NCBI GenBank assembly: GCA_964016885.1
Contig: OZ024740.1
Location: 18,476,001-18,540,000, forward strand
Origin: Eledone cirrhosa
Lineage: Eukaryota
Length of the DNA: 64,000 nucleotides
Direction of reading: 5' to 3'
Position 1 is the stretch's first letter, and every line of letters starts with the position of its first letter. Shown piece after piece: positions 1 to 12,786 of this stretch. A model generated the notes under the pieces. The model was not told the DNA's origin, ran no database searches, and saw nothing but the letters and a program-made list of their open reading frames with translations. A program made the translations under genes and the position numbers.

Positions 1-2902
1 GTAATACGTCAGTTTCAGTAGTCACTGGTGCAGTAATACGCCAGTTTCAGTAGTCAGTGGTGCAGTAATACGCCAGTTTCAGTAGTCAGTGGTGCAGTAA
101 TACGTCAGTTTCAGTAGTCACTGGTGCAGTAATACGTCAGTTTCAGTAGTCAGTGGTGCAGTAATACGTCAGTTTCAGTAGTCAGTGGTGCAGTAACACG
201 TCAGTTTCAGTAGTCACTGGTGCAGTAATGCGTCAGTTTCAGTAGTCAGTGGTGCAGTAATACGTCAGTTTCAGTAGTCACTGGTGCAGTAATACGTCAG
301 TTTCAGTAGTCACTGGTGCAGTAATACGCCAGTTTCAGTAGTCACTGGTGCAGTAATACGTCAGTTTCAGTAGTCAGTGGTGCAGTAATACGTCAGTTTC
401 AGTAGTCAGTGGTGCAGTAATACGTCAGTTTCAGTAGTCACTGGTGCAGTAATACGTCAGTTTCAGTAGTCAGTGGTGCAGTAATACGTCAGTTTCAGTA
501 GTCACTGGTGCAGTAATACGTCAGTTTCAGTAGTCACTGGTGCAGTAATACGCCAGTTTCAGTAGTCACTGGTGCAGTAATACGTCAGTTTCAGTAGTCA
601 GTGGTGCAGTAATACGTCAGTTTCAGTAGTCACTGGTGCAGTAATACGCCAGTTTCAGTAGTCAGTGGTGCAGTAATACGCCAGTTTCAGTAGTCAGTGG
701 TGCAGTAATACGTCAGTTTCAGTAGTCACTGGTGCAGTAATACGTCAGTTTCAGTAGTCAGTGGTGCAGTAATACGTCAGTTTCAGTAGTCAGTGGTGCA
801 GTAACACGTCAGTTTCAGTAGTCACTGGTGCAGTAATACGTCAGTTTCAGTAGTCAGTGGTGCAGTAATACGTCAGTTTCAGTAGTCAGTGGTGCAGTAA
901 TACGCCAGTTTCAGTAGTCAGTGGTGCAGTAATACGCCAGTTTCAGTAGTCAGTGGTGCAGTAACACGTCAGTTTCAGTAGTCACTGGTGCAGTAATACG
1001 TCAGTTTCAGTAGTCAGTGGTGCAGTAATACGCAGTTTCAGTAGTCAGTGGTGCAGTAACACGTCAGTTTCAGTAGTCACTGGTGCAGTAATACGTCAGT
1101 TTCAGTAGTCAGTGGTGCAGTAATACGTCAGTTTCAGTAGTCAGTGGTGCAGTAATACGTCAGTTTCAGTAGTCAGTGGTGCAGTAATACGTCAGTTTCA
1201 GTAGTCACTGGTGCAGTAATACGTCAGTTTCAGTAGTCAGTGGTGCAGTAATACGCCAGTTTCAGTAGTCAGTGGTGCAGTAATACGTCAGTTTCAGTAG
1301 TCACTGGTGCAGTAATACGTCAGTTTCAGTAGTCAGTGGTGCAGTAATACGTCAGTTTCAGTAGTCAGTGGTGCAGTAATACGTCAGTTTCAGTAGTCAC
1401 TGGTGCAGTAATACGTCAGTTTCAGTAGTCAGTGGTGCAGTAATACGCCAGTTTCAGTAGTCAGTGGTGCAGTAATACGTCAGTTTCAGTAGTCAGTGGT
1501 GCAGTAATACGTCAGTTTCAGTAGTCACTGGTGCAGTAATACGTCAGTTTCAGTAGTCAGTGGTGCAGTAATACGTCAGTTTCAGTAGTCAGTGGTGCAG
1601 TAATACGTCAGTTTCAGTAGTCAGTGGTGCAGTAATACGCCAGTTTCAGTAGTCACTGGTGCAGTAATACGTCAGTTTCAGTAGTCAGTGGTGCAGTAAT
1701 ACGCCAGTTTCAGTAGTCACTGGTGCAGTAATACGCCAGTTTCAGTAGTCACTGGTGCAGTAATACGTCAGTTTCAGTAGTCAGTGGTGCAGTAATACGT
1801 CAGTTTCAGTAGTCAGTGGTGCAGTAATACGTCAGTTTCAGTAGTCACTGGTGCAGTAATACGTCAGTTTCAGTAGTCACTGGTGCAGTAATACGTCAGT
1901 TTCAGTAGTCAGTGGTGCAGTAATACGCCAGTTTCAGTAGTCACTGGTGCAGTAATACGCCAGTTTCAGTAGTCACTGGTGCAGTAATACGCCAGTTTCA
2001 GTAGTCACTGGTGCAGTAATACGTCAGTTTCAGTAGTCAGTGGTGCAGTAATACGTCAGTTTCAGTAGTCAGTGGTGCAGTAATACGTCAGTTTCAGTAG
2101 TCAGTGGTGCAGTAATACGTCAGTTTCAGTAGTCACTGGTGCAGTAATACGCCAGTTTCAGTAGTCACTGGTGCAGTAATACGTCAGTTTCAGTAGTCAG
2201 TGGTGCAGTAATACGTCAGTTTCAGTAGTCAGTGGTGCAGTAATACGTCAGTTTCAGTAGTCACTGGTGCAGTAATACGTCAGTTTCAGTAGTCAGTGGT
2301 GCAGTAATACGTCAGTTTCAGTAGTCAGTGGTGCAGTAATACGTCAGTTTCAGTAGTCACTGGTGCAGTAATACGTCAGTTTCAGTAGTCAGTGGTGCAG
2401 TAATACGCCAGTTTCAGTAGTCACTGGTGCAGTAATACGTCAGTTTCAGTAGTCAGTGGTGCAGTAATACGCCAGTTTCAGTAGTCACTGGTGCAGTAAT
2501 ACGCCAGTTTCAGTAGTCAGTGGTGCCGTAATACGCCAGTTTCAGTAGTCACTGGTGCAGTAATACGTCAGTTTCAGTAGTCACTGGTGCAGTAATACGT
2601 CAGTTTCAGTAGTCAGTGGTGCAGTAATACGCCAGTTTCAGTAGTCAGTGGTGCAGTAATACGCCAGTTTCAGTAGTCAGTGGTGCAGTAATACGCCAGT
2701 TTCAGTAGTCAGTGGTGCAGTAATACGTCAGTTTCAGTAGTCAGTGGTGCAGTAATACGTCAGTTTCAGTAGTCAGTGGTGCAGTAATACGTCAGTTTCA
2801 GTAGTCACTGGTGCAGTAATACGCCAGTTTCAGTAGTCAGTGGTGCAGTAATACGTCAGTTTCAGTAGTCAGTGGTGCAGTAATACGTCAGTTTCAGTAG
2901 TC
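1..2902. repeat. 32-bp tandem array (~90 units, open at window start), consensus GTAATACGYCAGTTTCAGTAGTCASTGGTGCA
   Basis: Period 32 read directly (units at 1, 33, 65...); two common variant positions (T/C, C/G); runs straight into a LINE remnant at 2903. Confidence 0.98.
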
Positions 2903-3371
2903 TGTAATCAGAAGATGGAAGGTGTAAAAGGTGTAAAAGGTGTAAAAGCCAAAGTAGCTATCTTCAATTTGGTATTTGTGCCAACCCTTACTTATTGTCA
3001 TGGATCTTGAGTAATGACCGAAAGAATACAATTGTGTATACAAGTGGCCGAAATGGGGTTACTCCGAAGGATCTTTGGAGTAACGTTACTTGATAGAGTG
3101 TGTAGCTCGGAGATCAGAGAGTCTCTCCAGGTAGAGCTGCTACTTCTCCAAATTGAGAGATCACAGCTCCGATACTGTGGACATGTGGTTAGAATGTCTC
3201 AGGAAAGAATCGCTGGACAGATTTTACGGGCAAAACCAACCGATAGTAGATCGAGGGATAGACCCTAAGCAAGATGGTTGGATAACATCCAAGATTGGTA
3301 GGTCTCGCTTGGGGATCCAGCCGGATCAGTTGGAGACGGTTGTTTCTGACAGGACCCGCTGGAAGGAGTGT
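2870..3371 (+). mobile_element. Degenerate RTE-type LINE 3' fragment
   Basis: Translates to KAKVAIFNLVFVPTLTYCHGS*VMTERIQLCIQVAEMGLLRRIFGVTLLDRV...QLRYCGHVVRM, the typical RTE post-RT C-terminus; second copy at 19543-20075. Confidence 0.85.
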
Positions 3372-3379
3372 TATATATA

Positions 3380-4030
3380 AGACGACTGGTGGGTTAGATT
3401 TTGAGGACATTCAGGACAGGAGACCCGGAAACTATATTGGTCCCCTGGGGGACCTTCGTCCTCAGCCGACTGGACTATTGCTCTCAGCTCTGGTCACCCC
3501 ACAGTGTCAAACTAACTGCAGAAGCCACACCAAGAGGATTGCCTCAATGAAAGAGATGAGCTACTGGTAGAGGCTGAAGAAACTAAAGCTTTAATCCCTG
3601 GAGTGGAGGTGGAGAAATGCGCAGTGATATACATATGGAAGATCCTCGTAGGGGAAACACAAAGTTCGGCAGTGAGAGCAGGACCAGCCCACGACCATGA
3701 CGCCACAGTGTAGTGACATAGGTCCCATCCATCACACCGAGAATATGGACCACATACTGCAATAGCCTGAGGTTCAAGGGACCCCAGCTTTTTAATAAGC
3801 TGCCAAACAATCTGAAAGATCAACATGTTGTGCTTGTAGATGTTTTCAAGAAATATCTCGACATTCTAGTGACCAAGATCCCGGAGGAACCCACAACACG
3901 AGGGGAAGCACAAATAAGAGCAGCAACAACAAACTCCCTTTTACATGAATGGTCAACCAGTGAAGGCTGGCTATAGAAAGTGTAGCGTGGTGCTCCAGTA
4001 TGGTCTCAGCCTCTCGGCTGGAACTTATAG
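3380..4030 (+). mobile_element. Degenerate CR1/L2-like LINE 3' fragment
   Basis: TKRIASMKEMSYW*RLKKLKL*SLE matches the CR1-type 'SY.ERL..L.L.SLE.RR' motif; multiple stops and frameshifts. Confidence 0.6.
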
Positions 4031-4097
4031 TTGAGTGATAGAATATATCTCTATATATGTTTATCTGTCTCTACGTATGTCATTATATATCTTTCTC

Positions 4098-4811
4098 GGT
4101 GGATTGGCAGTATCGGTAGAGGGTCGGACGCCATGGGCAGTGGATTGGCAGTATCGGTAGAGGGTCGGACGCCATGGGCAGTGGATTGGCAGTATCGGTG
4201 GAGGGTCGGACGCCATGGGCAGTGGATTGGCAGTATCGGTAGAGGGTCGGACGCCATGGGCAGTGGATTGGCAGTATCGGTGGAGGGTCGGACGCCATGG
4301 GCAGTGGATTGGCAGTATCGGTGGAGGGTCGGACGCCATGGGCAGTGGATTGGCAGTATCGGTGGAGGGTCGGACGCCATGGGCAGTGGATTGGCAGTAT
4401 CGGTGGAGGGTCGGACGCCATGGGCAGTGGATTGGCAGTATCGGTGGAGGGTCGGACGCCATGGGCAGTGGATTGGCAGTATCGGTGGAGGGTCGGACGC
4501 CATGGGCAGTGGATTGGCAGTATCGGTGGAGGGTCGGACGCCATGGGCAGTGGATTGGCAGTATCGGTGGAGGGTCGGACGCCATGGGCAGTGGATTGGC
4601 AGTATCGGTGGAGGGTCGGACGCCATGGGCAGTGGATTGGCAGTATCGGTAGAGGGTCGGACGCCATGCTTTCCAACAGAGTTACGTCCCTTTACGATCT
4701 GAGTTCAAATCCCGCCGAGGTTGACTTTGCCTTTCATCCTTACGGGGTCGATAAAATAAAGTACCAGTAATGCACTGGGTAATTGCTGGCCTTGTGCCTA
4801 AAGTAGAGACA
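4098..4811 (+). mobile_element. tRNA-type SINE with amplified head, 16-bp target-site duplication (TSD)
   Basis: A-box-like TGGCAGTATCGG, B-box-like GAGTTCAAATCCC; ATTATATATCTTTCTC at 4082-4097 and 4812-4827; an unamplified copy lies at 35863-36044. Confidence 0.9.
4099..4667 (+). repeat. 41-bp tandem array (~14 units) GTGGATTGGCAGTATCGGTRGAGGGTCGGACGCCATGGGCA
   Basis: Period 41 read directly; the unit equals the 5' head of the SINE that continues from the last unit. Confidence 0.97.
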
Positions 4812-4827
4812 ATTATATATCTTTCTC

Positions 4828-5197
4828 TTTTACCTCCCTGTCCCCTCTCTCTCTCCCTCTCTCACCCCCTCTCTCCCTCTCTCTCTCTTCAACTCTCTCC
4901 CCCTCTCTCTCTTCCCACCCCTCTCCCCCCTTTCTCCCCCTCTCACCCCCTCTCCTCATCTCTCTTTCCCGTCTCTCTCCCCTCTCTCTCCCCTATCTCT
5001 CTCCATCTCTCCCCCTCTCTCTCCCCTTTCTCTCTCTTCCACCCTCCTCCTCCCCCTCTCCCTACTTTCTCCCCCTCTCGTTCCCTCTCCCCATCTCTCT
5101 CTCCCACTCTCTCCCCCGCTCTCCCTCTCCCTCTCTCCCCCTCTCCCAGTCACTCCAAAAGTATCTTAGTAAAAGTACATGGCATTGCATCTGACTC

Positions 5198-5240
<43 letters not shown>

Positions 5241-6285
5241 TCTCTCTCACACACACTCTCTCTCTTTCACACATGCACTCTCTCTCAAACACACCCACTC
5301 TCTCTCTCTCACACACACTCTCTCTCTCAAACACACACACTCTCTCTCTCACACACACACTCTCTCTCTCTCACACACATACATTCTCTCTCTTTCACAC
5401 ACACTCTCTCTCTCTCTCACACACACTCTCTCTCTCTCACACACATACATTCTCTCTCTTTCACACACACTCTCTCTCTCTCTCACACACACACTTTCTT
5501 TCTCTCTCACACTCATACACTCTCTCTCTTTCACGCACACTCTCTTTCTCTCTTTTACACACACTCTCTCTCTCACACACATACACTCTCTCTCTTTCAC
5601 ACACTCTCTCTTTCTCTCTTTCATACACTCTCTCTCTCACACACACACTCTCTCTCACACACATACACTCTCTCTCGTTCACACACTCTCTCTTTCTCTC
5701 TTTCATACACTCTCTCTCTCACACACACACTCTCTCTCTCTCTCTTTCACACACTCTCTCTTTCTCTCTTTCATACACTCTCTCTCTCACACACACTCTC
5801 TCTCTCTCTCTCTCACACATACACTCTCTCTCTTTCACACACTCTCTCTCTTTCACACACACTCTTTCTCTCTCTCTTTCATACACTCTCTCTCTCTCAC
5901 ACACACACTCTCTCTCTCTCACACACATACACTCTCTCTCTTTCACGCACACTCTCTTTCTCTCTTTTACACACACTCTCTCTCTCACACACACACACTC
6001 TCTCTCTCTCTCTCTCTCACATACTCACCTCTCTCTCTTTCATACACTCTCTCTCACACACACACTCTCTCTCTCACACACACTCACTCTCTCTTTCACA
6101 CTCACTCACTCTCTCTCTTTCACACACAGTCTCTCTCTCTCACACACACTCACTCTCTCTCTTTCACACACACTCTCTCTCTCTCTCACACACACTCACT
6201 CTCTCTCTTTCACACACAGTCTCTCTCTCTCTCACACACACTCACTCTCTCTCTTTCATACACACTCCCTCTCTCTACACACACA

Positions 6286-6323
<38 letters not shown>

Positions 6324-6610
6324 TACACTCGCTCTCGCTCTCTCCCTCTTTCACACACACTCGCTATCTCTCTCTCTCTCTCAAACACACATTCACTGTC
6401 TCTCTATCTCTCTTTCTTTCTCACACACTCTCATTCCTCTGTCTCTCTCTCTCTTTCTTTCATCCACACACACTCTCTCTCTCTATCTTTCTCTGTCCTT
6501 TCTCTCACTCCCTCTCATTCCTCTGTCGCACTCTTTCTTTCACCCCCTTTCTCTCTCTCTTTATCCCACTCACTTTCATTCCTCTTTCTCTCTTAACCTC
6601 CCTCTCTCGC
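4828..6610. repeat. Compound (CT)n/(CA)n low-complexity tract
   Basis: Direct reading; the source of the spurious long S/L/H/T ORFs. Confidence 0.95.
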
Positions 6611-6694
6611 CTGTTAAAAGTACATGTTACTAAAGGAATCTAGATAGCAGGTGTTTGTTACAACTGACAATAATAAACACAAGTATTTATAATA

Positions 6695-6866
6695 AATGTT
6701 TCTACTTTTGGCACAAGGCCAGCAATTACCCTAGTGCATTACTGGTACTTTATTTTATCGAAGATGAAAGGCAAAGTTAACTTCGGCGGGATTTGAAGTC
6801 AGACCATAAAGGGACATAACTCTATGCTGCAAATCATGGCATTCGACTCTCTACCGATACTGCCAA
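6695..6866 (-). mobile_element. Diverged copy of the same SINE family
   Basis: Reverse complement matches 4635-4811 (ctggccttgtgccaaaagtagaaaca end; cttcaaatcccgccgaag). Confidence 0.85.
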
Positions 6867-6979
6867 AATGCAAGTTTGTTATGTTGGCCTTCATGTAGCG
6901 GCTAGTGCCAGAGGAGTCAGGAACTAGCTGTTGAAACGGCAAGAGCTCAGCCGTCGGGTACAGGCTATAATATATATAT

Positions 6980-7037
6980 ATTCGCCCACTTATTCCTGAG
7001 AATGTCGTGGTGGGCAGGGTCCTCAAACACTCCTTCC
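6980..7037 (-). mobile_element. 3'-terminal fragment of the RTE family at 2870/19543
   Basis: Reverse complement matches 20021-20075 (ggaaggagtgtttgaggac...gaataagtgggcgaa) followed by (TA)n. Confidence 0.75.
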
Positions 7038-7400
7038 GGGGGATTCTGAATAATTCCCTCATTAATTTACATTTCACCTGTTTTCAACTTTAAAATATTT
7101 ATTAAAATATTTTAAAGGAAAGAATCCTATTAAATTACTATCTACCGCCTTGGGTCCTGTTCCCCTCTTGGACTCAACTCACCTCCCCAATTTCTCTAAT
7201 AGATTCCTATCGCTTTCTCTTGATCATTAACATCTTCTCTTACAACTAATACAGGCCAACTATATATGCTCACTCCACTTTTCCCTTCACTGGTCTGTAT
7301 TCACACATACACACCCTTTCTCATAGCTTCGTACTTACATGCACACACACTCTTTTACTCACATAAACACACACATTTCTTCTTAGCCTCGTACGGACAT

Positions 7401-7550
<150 letters not shown>

Positions 7551-7696
7551 GTGCTCAAGTATAGCTCTTTTTATAAAACGTTTTTCTTTCCATTTCAGGT
7601 AGACGCGCTCCATCATCCACTTTTCTAAAAAATAAATCATACACAAAACGCTAGCACCAACAGTTTTGCAAGAGATGTCAACATGAATGGATTTGT

Positions 7697-8140
7697 TATC
7701 TATATATTTAAAACAGAGAATGTCTGTCTGTCTCTCAGCTCCCTAAAACTCGAGAACCACCCAACCGACTTTTTCAAACTTTACACGTAATACTTATGGT
7801 CCTGTGAGTGTTTTGAGCAAAAAATATTTCAAACTTTCAATGCCCTAGGGACCGCATTAGGCGCCGGTTAGCGATCTCTTTCTCTCTCGTTCTTAGTCTG
7901 TCTTTTTAGATAGATACATAGCTATAACGTCGCGCCCTTATAATATCTGTCTGTATGTCTAGCTGTCTGCATTACGACATTATGAAAACGTCTTCACAAA
8001 CCAAAGTATCGTCTTCTTGTTTTCCTCCGGTTGCAACGTTTTCGAAATATTTACTTCTGCGTTCACAGATTGATTTTTTTAGTTTCAGAAGATCCGTTAA
8101 GGGTGAAGGCAGCGATTCTTTGCTTGAACTTTAATCTGTA
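7697..8140 (+). mobile_element. Non-autonomous Helitron-like fragment
   Basis: Starts A^TCTATATATTTAAAA...TGTCTGTCTG, a pattern typical of Helitron-N 5' ends; 8066-8139 recurs inverted at ~10117-10190. Confidence 0.5.
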
Positions 8141-8178
<38 letters not shown>

Positions 8179-8508
8179 TTCTAATGATCTGGTTAAGCTA
8201 ACAACATATTTAAAATTGAGTGGCACAGATTCAAGTGTTCAGCAATTTTTAGACAACTTAATCAGTGAAACAATTGTTAAGATGGTAAATAAAACCCTTT
8301 TTTGTACTGTTGACCATGTTATTCTTCACTCTTTCAATATTATTACTCCAAGATAAAATTACATAGGAATGCAAGTGAAATCATAAACTCGTCATCTACG
8401 TAAACCCCTTGTTGAGTCAAACAACGCCGTACGCTAAAACTATCCACAATACGAAGTATTCACAACCGCTAACTGGATTACCTATAAAGATATTTTGTTA
8501 TCCCTTAT

Positions 8509-9410
<902 letters not shown>

Positions 9411-9414
<4 letters not shown>

Positions 9415-10070
9415 AGAATGAAACGAAATTTCATTTCTCACTCTTAGTACGGCACTTACTTAAATGCAAGTATGCATGTATACGTACATACATATATGTA
9501 TACAGACGTACAGTAGCACGTGCATATATATATGTGTGCCTGTATGTATATATATATATATATGTATATGCGTGCTACTGTACGTCTGTATACATATATG
9601 TATGTACGTATACATGCATACTTGCATTTAAGTAAGTGCCGTACTAAGAGTGAGAAATGAAATTTCGTTTCATTCTATTCCATTTATCGTTTTCGGTGCG
9701 CCTGGCCGACTGAACTCACTCGATATGCAAATTAGGCTGCTCAGCCGTTAATTTTCATAAGGAAAGTATATACTTTCGAACGTTCAACCATTTGGCAGAA
9801 AGGTATACGGTGCTGACGATAGCTAACAAGCTTGAAACTAGTACATCGTTCCTGTGTCAGTGTTGAACAAAAAGGTGACGTGGTTGCCTAAACACTGTAC
9901 GGCGTAATTCAGGCTGTCCGTTTGTTTACAAACGAACAAAGCGAACATTATAATAAATGTTCGGTAAACTGATACGTGCATATATATATGTGTGCCTGTA
10001 TATATATGTATATATGTATATGCGTACGTCTGTATACATATATGTATGTACGTATACATGCATACTTCCA
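9411..10070 (+). mobile_element. Hammerhead-bearing non-coding unit with inverted terminal piece (retrozyme/PLE pLTR-like)
   Basis: Homologous to 13387-14241 in the opposite orientation; 9411-9521 and 9570-9680 are near-perfect inverted repeats. Confidence 0.75.
9807..9849 (+). ncRNA. Minimal type I hammerhead ribozyme, family A
   Basis: acggtg-CTGACGA-t agct aaca agct t-GAAA-ctag-TA-catcgt: stem I, intact core, stem II, palindromic ACTAGT stem III. Confidence 0.85.
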
Positions 10071-10203
10071 TTTATATATATATGCATATGTATATATATA
10101 TATATTTATTAAAATAACAGATTAAGTTTAAGCAAAGAATCGCTGCTTTCACCCTTAACGGGATCTTCTGAAGCTAAAAAAATCAATCTGACACACACAC
10201 ACA

Positions 10204-10256
<53 letters not shown>

Positions 10257-10598
10257 ACACACACATATATATGTATGTATATGCATATATGTGTGTTAAT
10301 GTATGTATAAGGAGTGTTTTGTTGGCTGGTATATATGGTATATATATAAATAAATGTGTGTGTGTGTGTGTGTATGTCTGTCTGTCTGTGAGTCTGTGTG
10401 TGTCTGTGTCTGTGTCCGTGTGCGCGTGTGTGTGTGTGTGTGGGTGTTATATATATATATATATATATATATATGTAGGAGGTGAGTTTTATTGTAGCAC
10501 AATAAAGCAATGCAAATATCGGATAAGTAGCACTCTACAGTTTGTAGGACTGGAGTATAAATATTATAAGATCAAAAGATGGTTAAAAAAGTTCCAAG

Positions 10599-10669
10599 TA
10601 TTTTATTATGCGCATTTCAAAAACAAATATCAACATCGGATGATCTCTGCGTTCTCATCAGATAAAATA
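10599..10669 (-). ncRNA. Type I hammerhead ribozyme, family B
   Basis: Minus strand: tattttat-CTGATGA-long stem II-GAAA-tgcgca-TA-ataaaata; stem II has a few mismatches. Confidence 0.75.
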
Positions 10670-10941
10670 GGGAGACATGATATGAAGCTTAAAAAACACT
10701 TGTGAATAGTGAAGTTTTAAATCAACATATGAAAAATAAATTAAGATTGATGTCCCTCATCCTTCCTTCTTATACTCCCCTCCCCCACCATCCTTTACTC
10801 TCATCTCTTCCTCTTCCTTACCTTTTCCAACCCCCCTCACTTTTTTCCCAATCTCATACATCAATCTTAATTTATTTTTCATATGTTGATTTAAAACTTC
10901 ACTATTCACAAGTGTTCTTTAAGCTTCATATCATGTCTCCC

Positions 10942-11012
10942 TATTTTATTTGATGAAAACGCAGATATCATCCCATGATGATATTTCCTTTTGAAATGCG
11001 CACAATAAAATA
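10942..11012 (+). ncRNA. Hammerhead family B, core-mutated copy
   Basis: Core reads TTGATGA and the cleavage UA is changed to CA; stems retained. Confidence 0.55.
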
Positions 11013-11040
11013 CTTGGAACTCTTTTAACCATGTTCGGAT

Positions 11041-11087
<47 letters not shown>

Positions 11088-11090
<3 letters not shown>

Positions 11091-11599
11091 CTGAGGTACT
11101 CGACTTCGCCCGAGAGAAAAGTTAAGAGAAGACGGATAAAAGAGAAAACGACTGTATTGGATGTGTTGTCTGGTATGAGGTGAGACCGTAATGTGTGTGT
11201 GTGTGTGGGGGGGGGGGGGGGACATTAAAAAAAACAATCATAAAACTTCCTTATTAGGCTGGGGGAGTAAACTGCCGATTAAATGGTAGCATTGGCCTTG
11301 GATTTTAAATGTGAAATAACCATAGTCAGTATGATATTTTTCAGTTATAAAGGACGTCATCTAAAACACAGCAATATTCCACATAACATTGCTTCTGAAG
11401 TGTTCCTTCGTTAGTACGGTCTGTAAGTAGTATATGGATAAAAGGTGGAGGATAGATTAATTTCAAATAGTATCAACTTTTCTTTGTTCTGTAAAATCAT
11501 ACATTGTAAAACGACTTTATAAAAGGTAACGCAATATTGTTAAAACTTCCTATAGATCAAAGGATCTATAGTTTAAGCCGTTTCTAGACTTTTGTGGGA

Positions 11600-11600
<1 letters not shown>
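11088..11600 (-). mobile_element. Helitron-like non-autonomous element (mirror copy at 16413-16984, +)
   Basis: End CTCGGGCGAAGTCGAGTACCTCAGCTAA^T: a subterminal hairpin plus CTRR before T, the Helitron 3' signature. Confidence 0.55.
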
Positions 11601-11690
<90 letters not shown>

Positions 11691-11699
11691 ATATATATT

Positions 11700-11793
<94 letters not shown>

Positions 11794-12028
11794 ATATATA
11801 TATAAAATATGCTGAGAAAACTAAATTAATACATTGTAGGATATAATGAAATATGTGTAAAAATATATATAAAAAATATATTTCTATAAAAAGAATCTAT
11901 ATGTAAAAAAAATACGTGTAAAAAGAATTTAACCGTTATTCGTGGAAAAAGTTATAGGACATTAGCTATATACTTTGTGAAAGGTCTTGAAAAATTTATG
12001 ATTACAAAGTCCAAATAAATCTGGTCTT

Positions 12029-12402
12029 CTATTTATTATAGAGTTGAAATTCAAATTTTTCAACTGGACATAAATTACAAACACTAGATATGGAAGCATT
12101 GGAGTATGGAAATGCGTTGTAGATTGTACGCCAAGAAATTTCGTAATTAATGTTTTTGTCTTTTAAGAACCAAATAAGCTCTGAGAGTGCGGTGCTGGTC
12201 CTTTTAAGTGGATACTTAAATGAAGAAGAATGATTATAGAATCTTGCTTTAAAAGAGGTAGAAGTAGAGCCAATGTAGGTATAGGTATGTGTACTAGTTA
12301 CCACTTTACATTCATATACTAGATTTTTATCGAGACAGAATTTACTAAGAGGACAATTAATTCTAATAGGGCAATTGCATTTACGATTAAGATTATTTAC
12401 CG
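12029..12402 (-). pseudogene. Penelope-like GIY-YIG endonuclease fragment (inverted duplicate)
   Basis: CNCPIRINC...LVYECKV...YIGST...FKARFYNH...CNLCPVEK. Confidence 0.85.
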
Positions 12403-12550
12403 TTTCGTTTCGTTTCATTCTTTTCCATTTATCGTTTTCAGTATACCCGGCCGTCTAACTCACTCGATATGCAAATTAGGCTGCTCAGCCGTTAATATGC
12501 ATAAGGAAAGTATATACTTTCAAATGTTCAATCATCTGACAGAAAGGTAT

Positions 12551-12593
12551 ACGATGCTGATGATAGCTAATAAGCTTGAAACTAGTACATCGT
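12551..12593 (+). ncRNA. Minimal type I hammerhead ribozyme, family A
   Basis: acgatg-CTGATGA-t agct aata agct t-GAAA-ctag-TA-catcgt; perfect 6-bp stem I. Confidence 0.88.
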
Positions 12594-12697
12594 TCCTGTG
12601 TCAGTGTTGAACAAATGTGCGACTTTGGTTGCCGAGCACTGTACGGAGAAAATTTAACGTTAAAATTTCTCCCTCATATGAAGGATTTGAAGACAAT

Positions 12698-12786
12698 TCA
12701 TTTTCACCTGACGATATGAGTGATAATCGATCATGGCCGCACAATCGATCTATCTCTTATTGAAACATGTGTCGTGATTAAAATGA
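12698..12786 (+). ncRNA. Type I hammerhead ribozyme, family C (long stem II, GUC site)
   Basis: tcattttcac-CTGACGA-t atgag t gata atcgat [loop] atcgat c tatc t cttat t-GAAA-c atgt-GTC-gtg att aaaatga. Confidence 0.8.

Larger units (their letters stand above)
10186..12646. repeat. Left arm of large inverted duplication
   Basis: Reverse complement of 14035-14880 plus 16355-17944; mirrored ORFs 10702-10953/17123-17374 and 12029-12418/14250-14639. Confidence 0.93.

Noticed and set aside
1-2902. CRISPR-like 32-bp repeats
   Set aside because: No unique spacers, no cas genes, eukaryotic context; the unit derives from a LINE.
4031-4770. ORFs in six frames
   Set aside because: Products of the 41-bp array.
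4770-6643. 456-608 aa ORFs
   Set aside because: Translations of (CT)n/(CA)n, open in all frames because the tract lacks stops.
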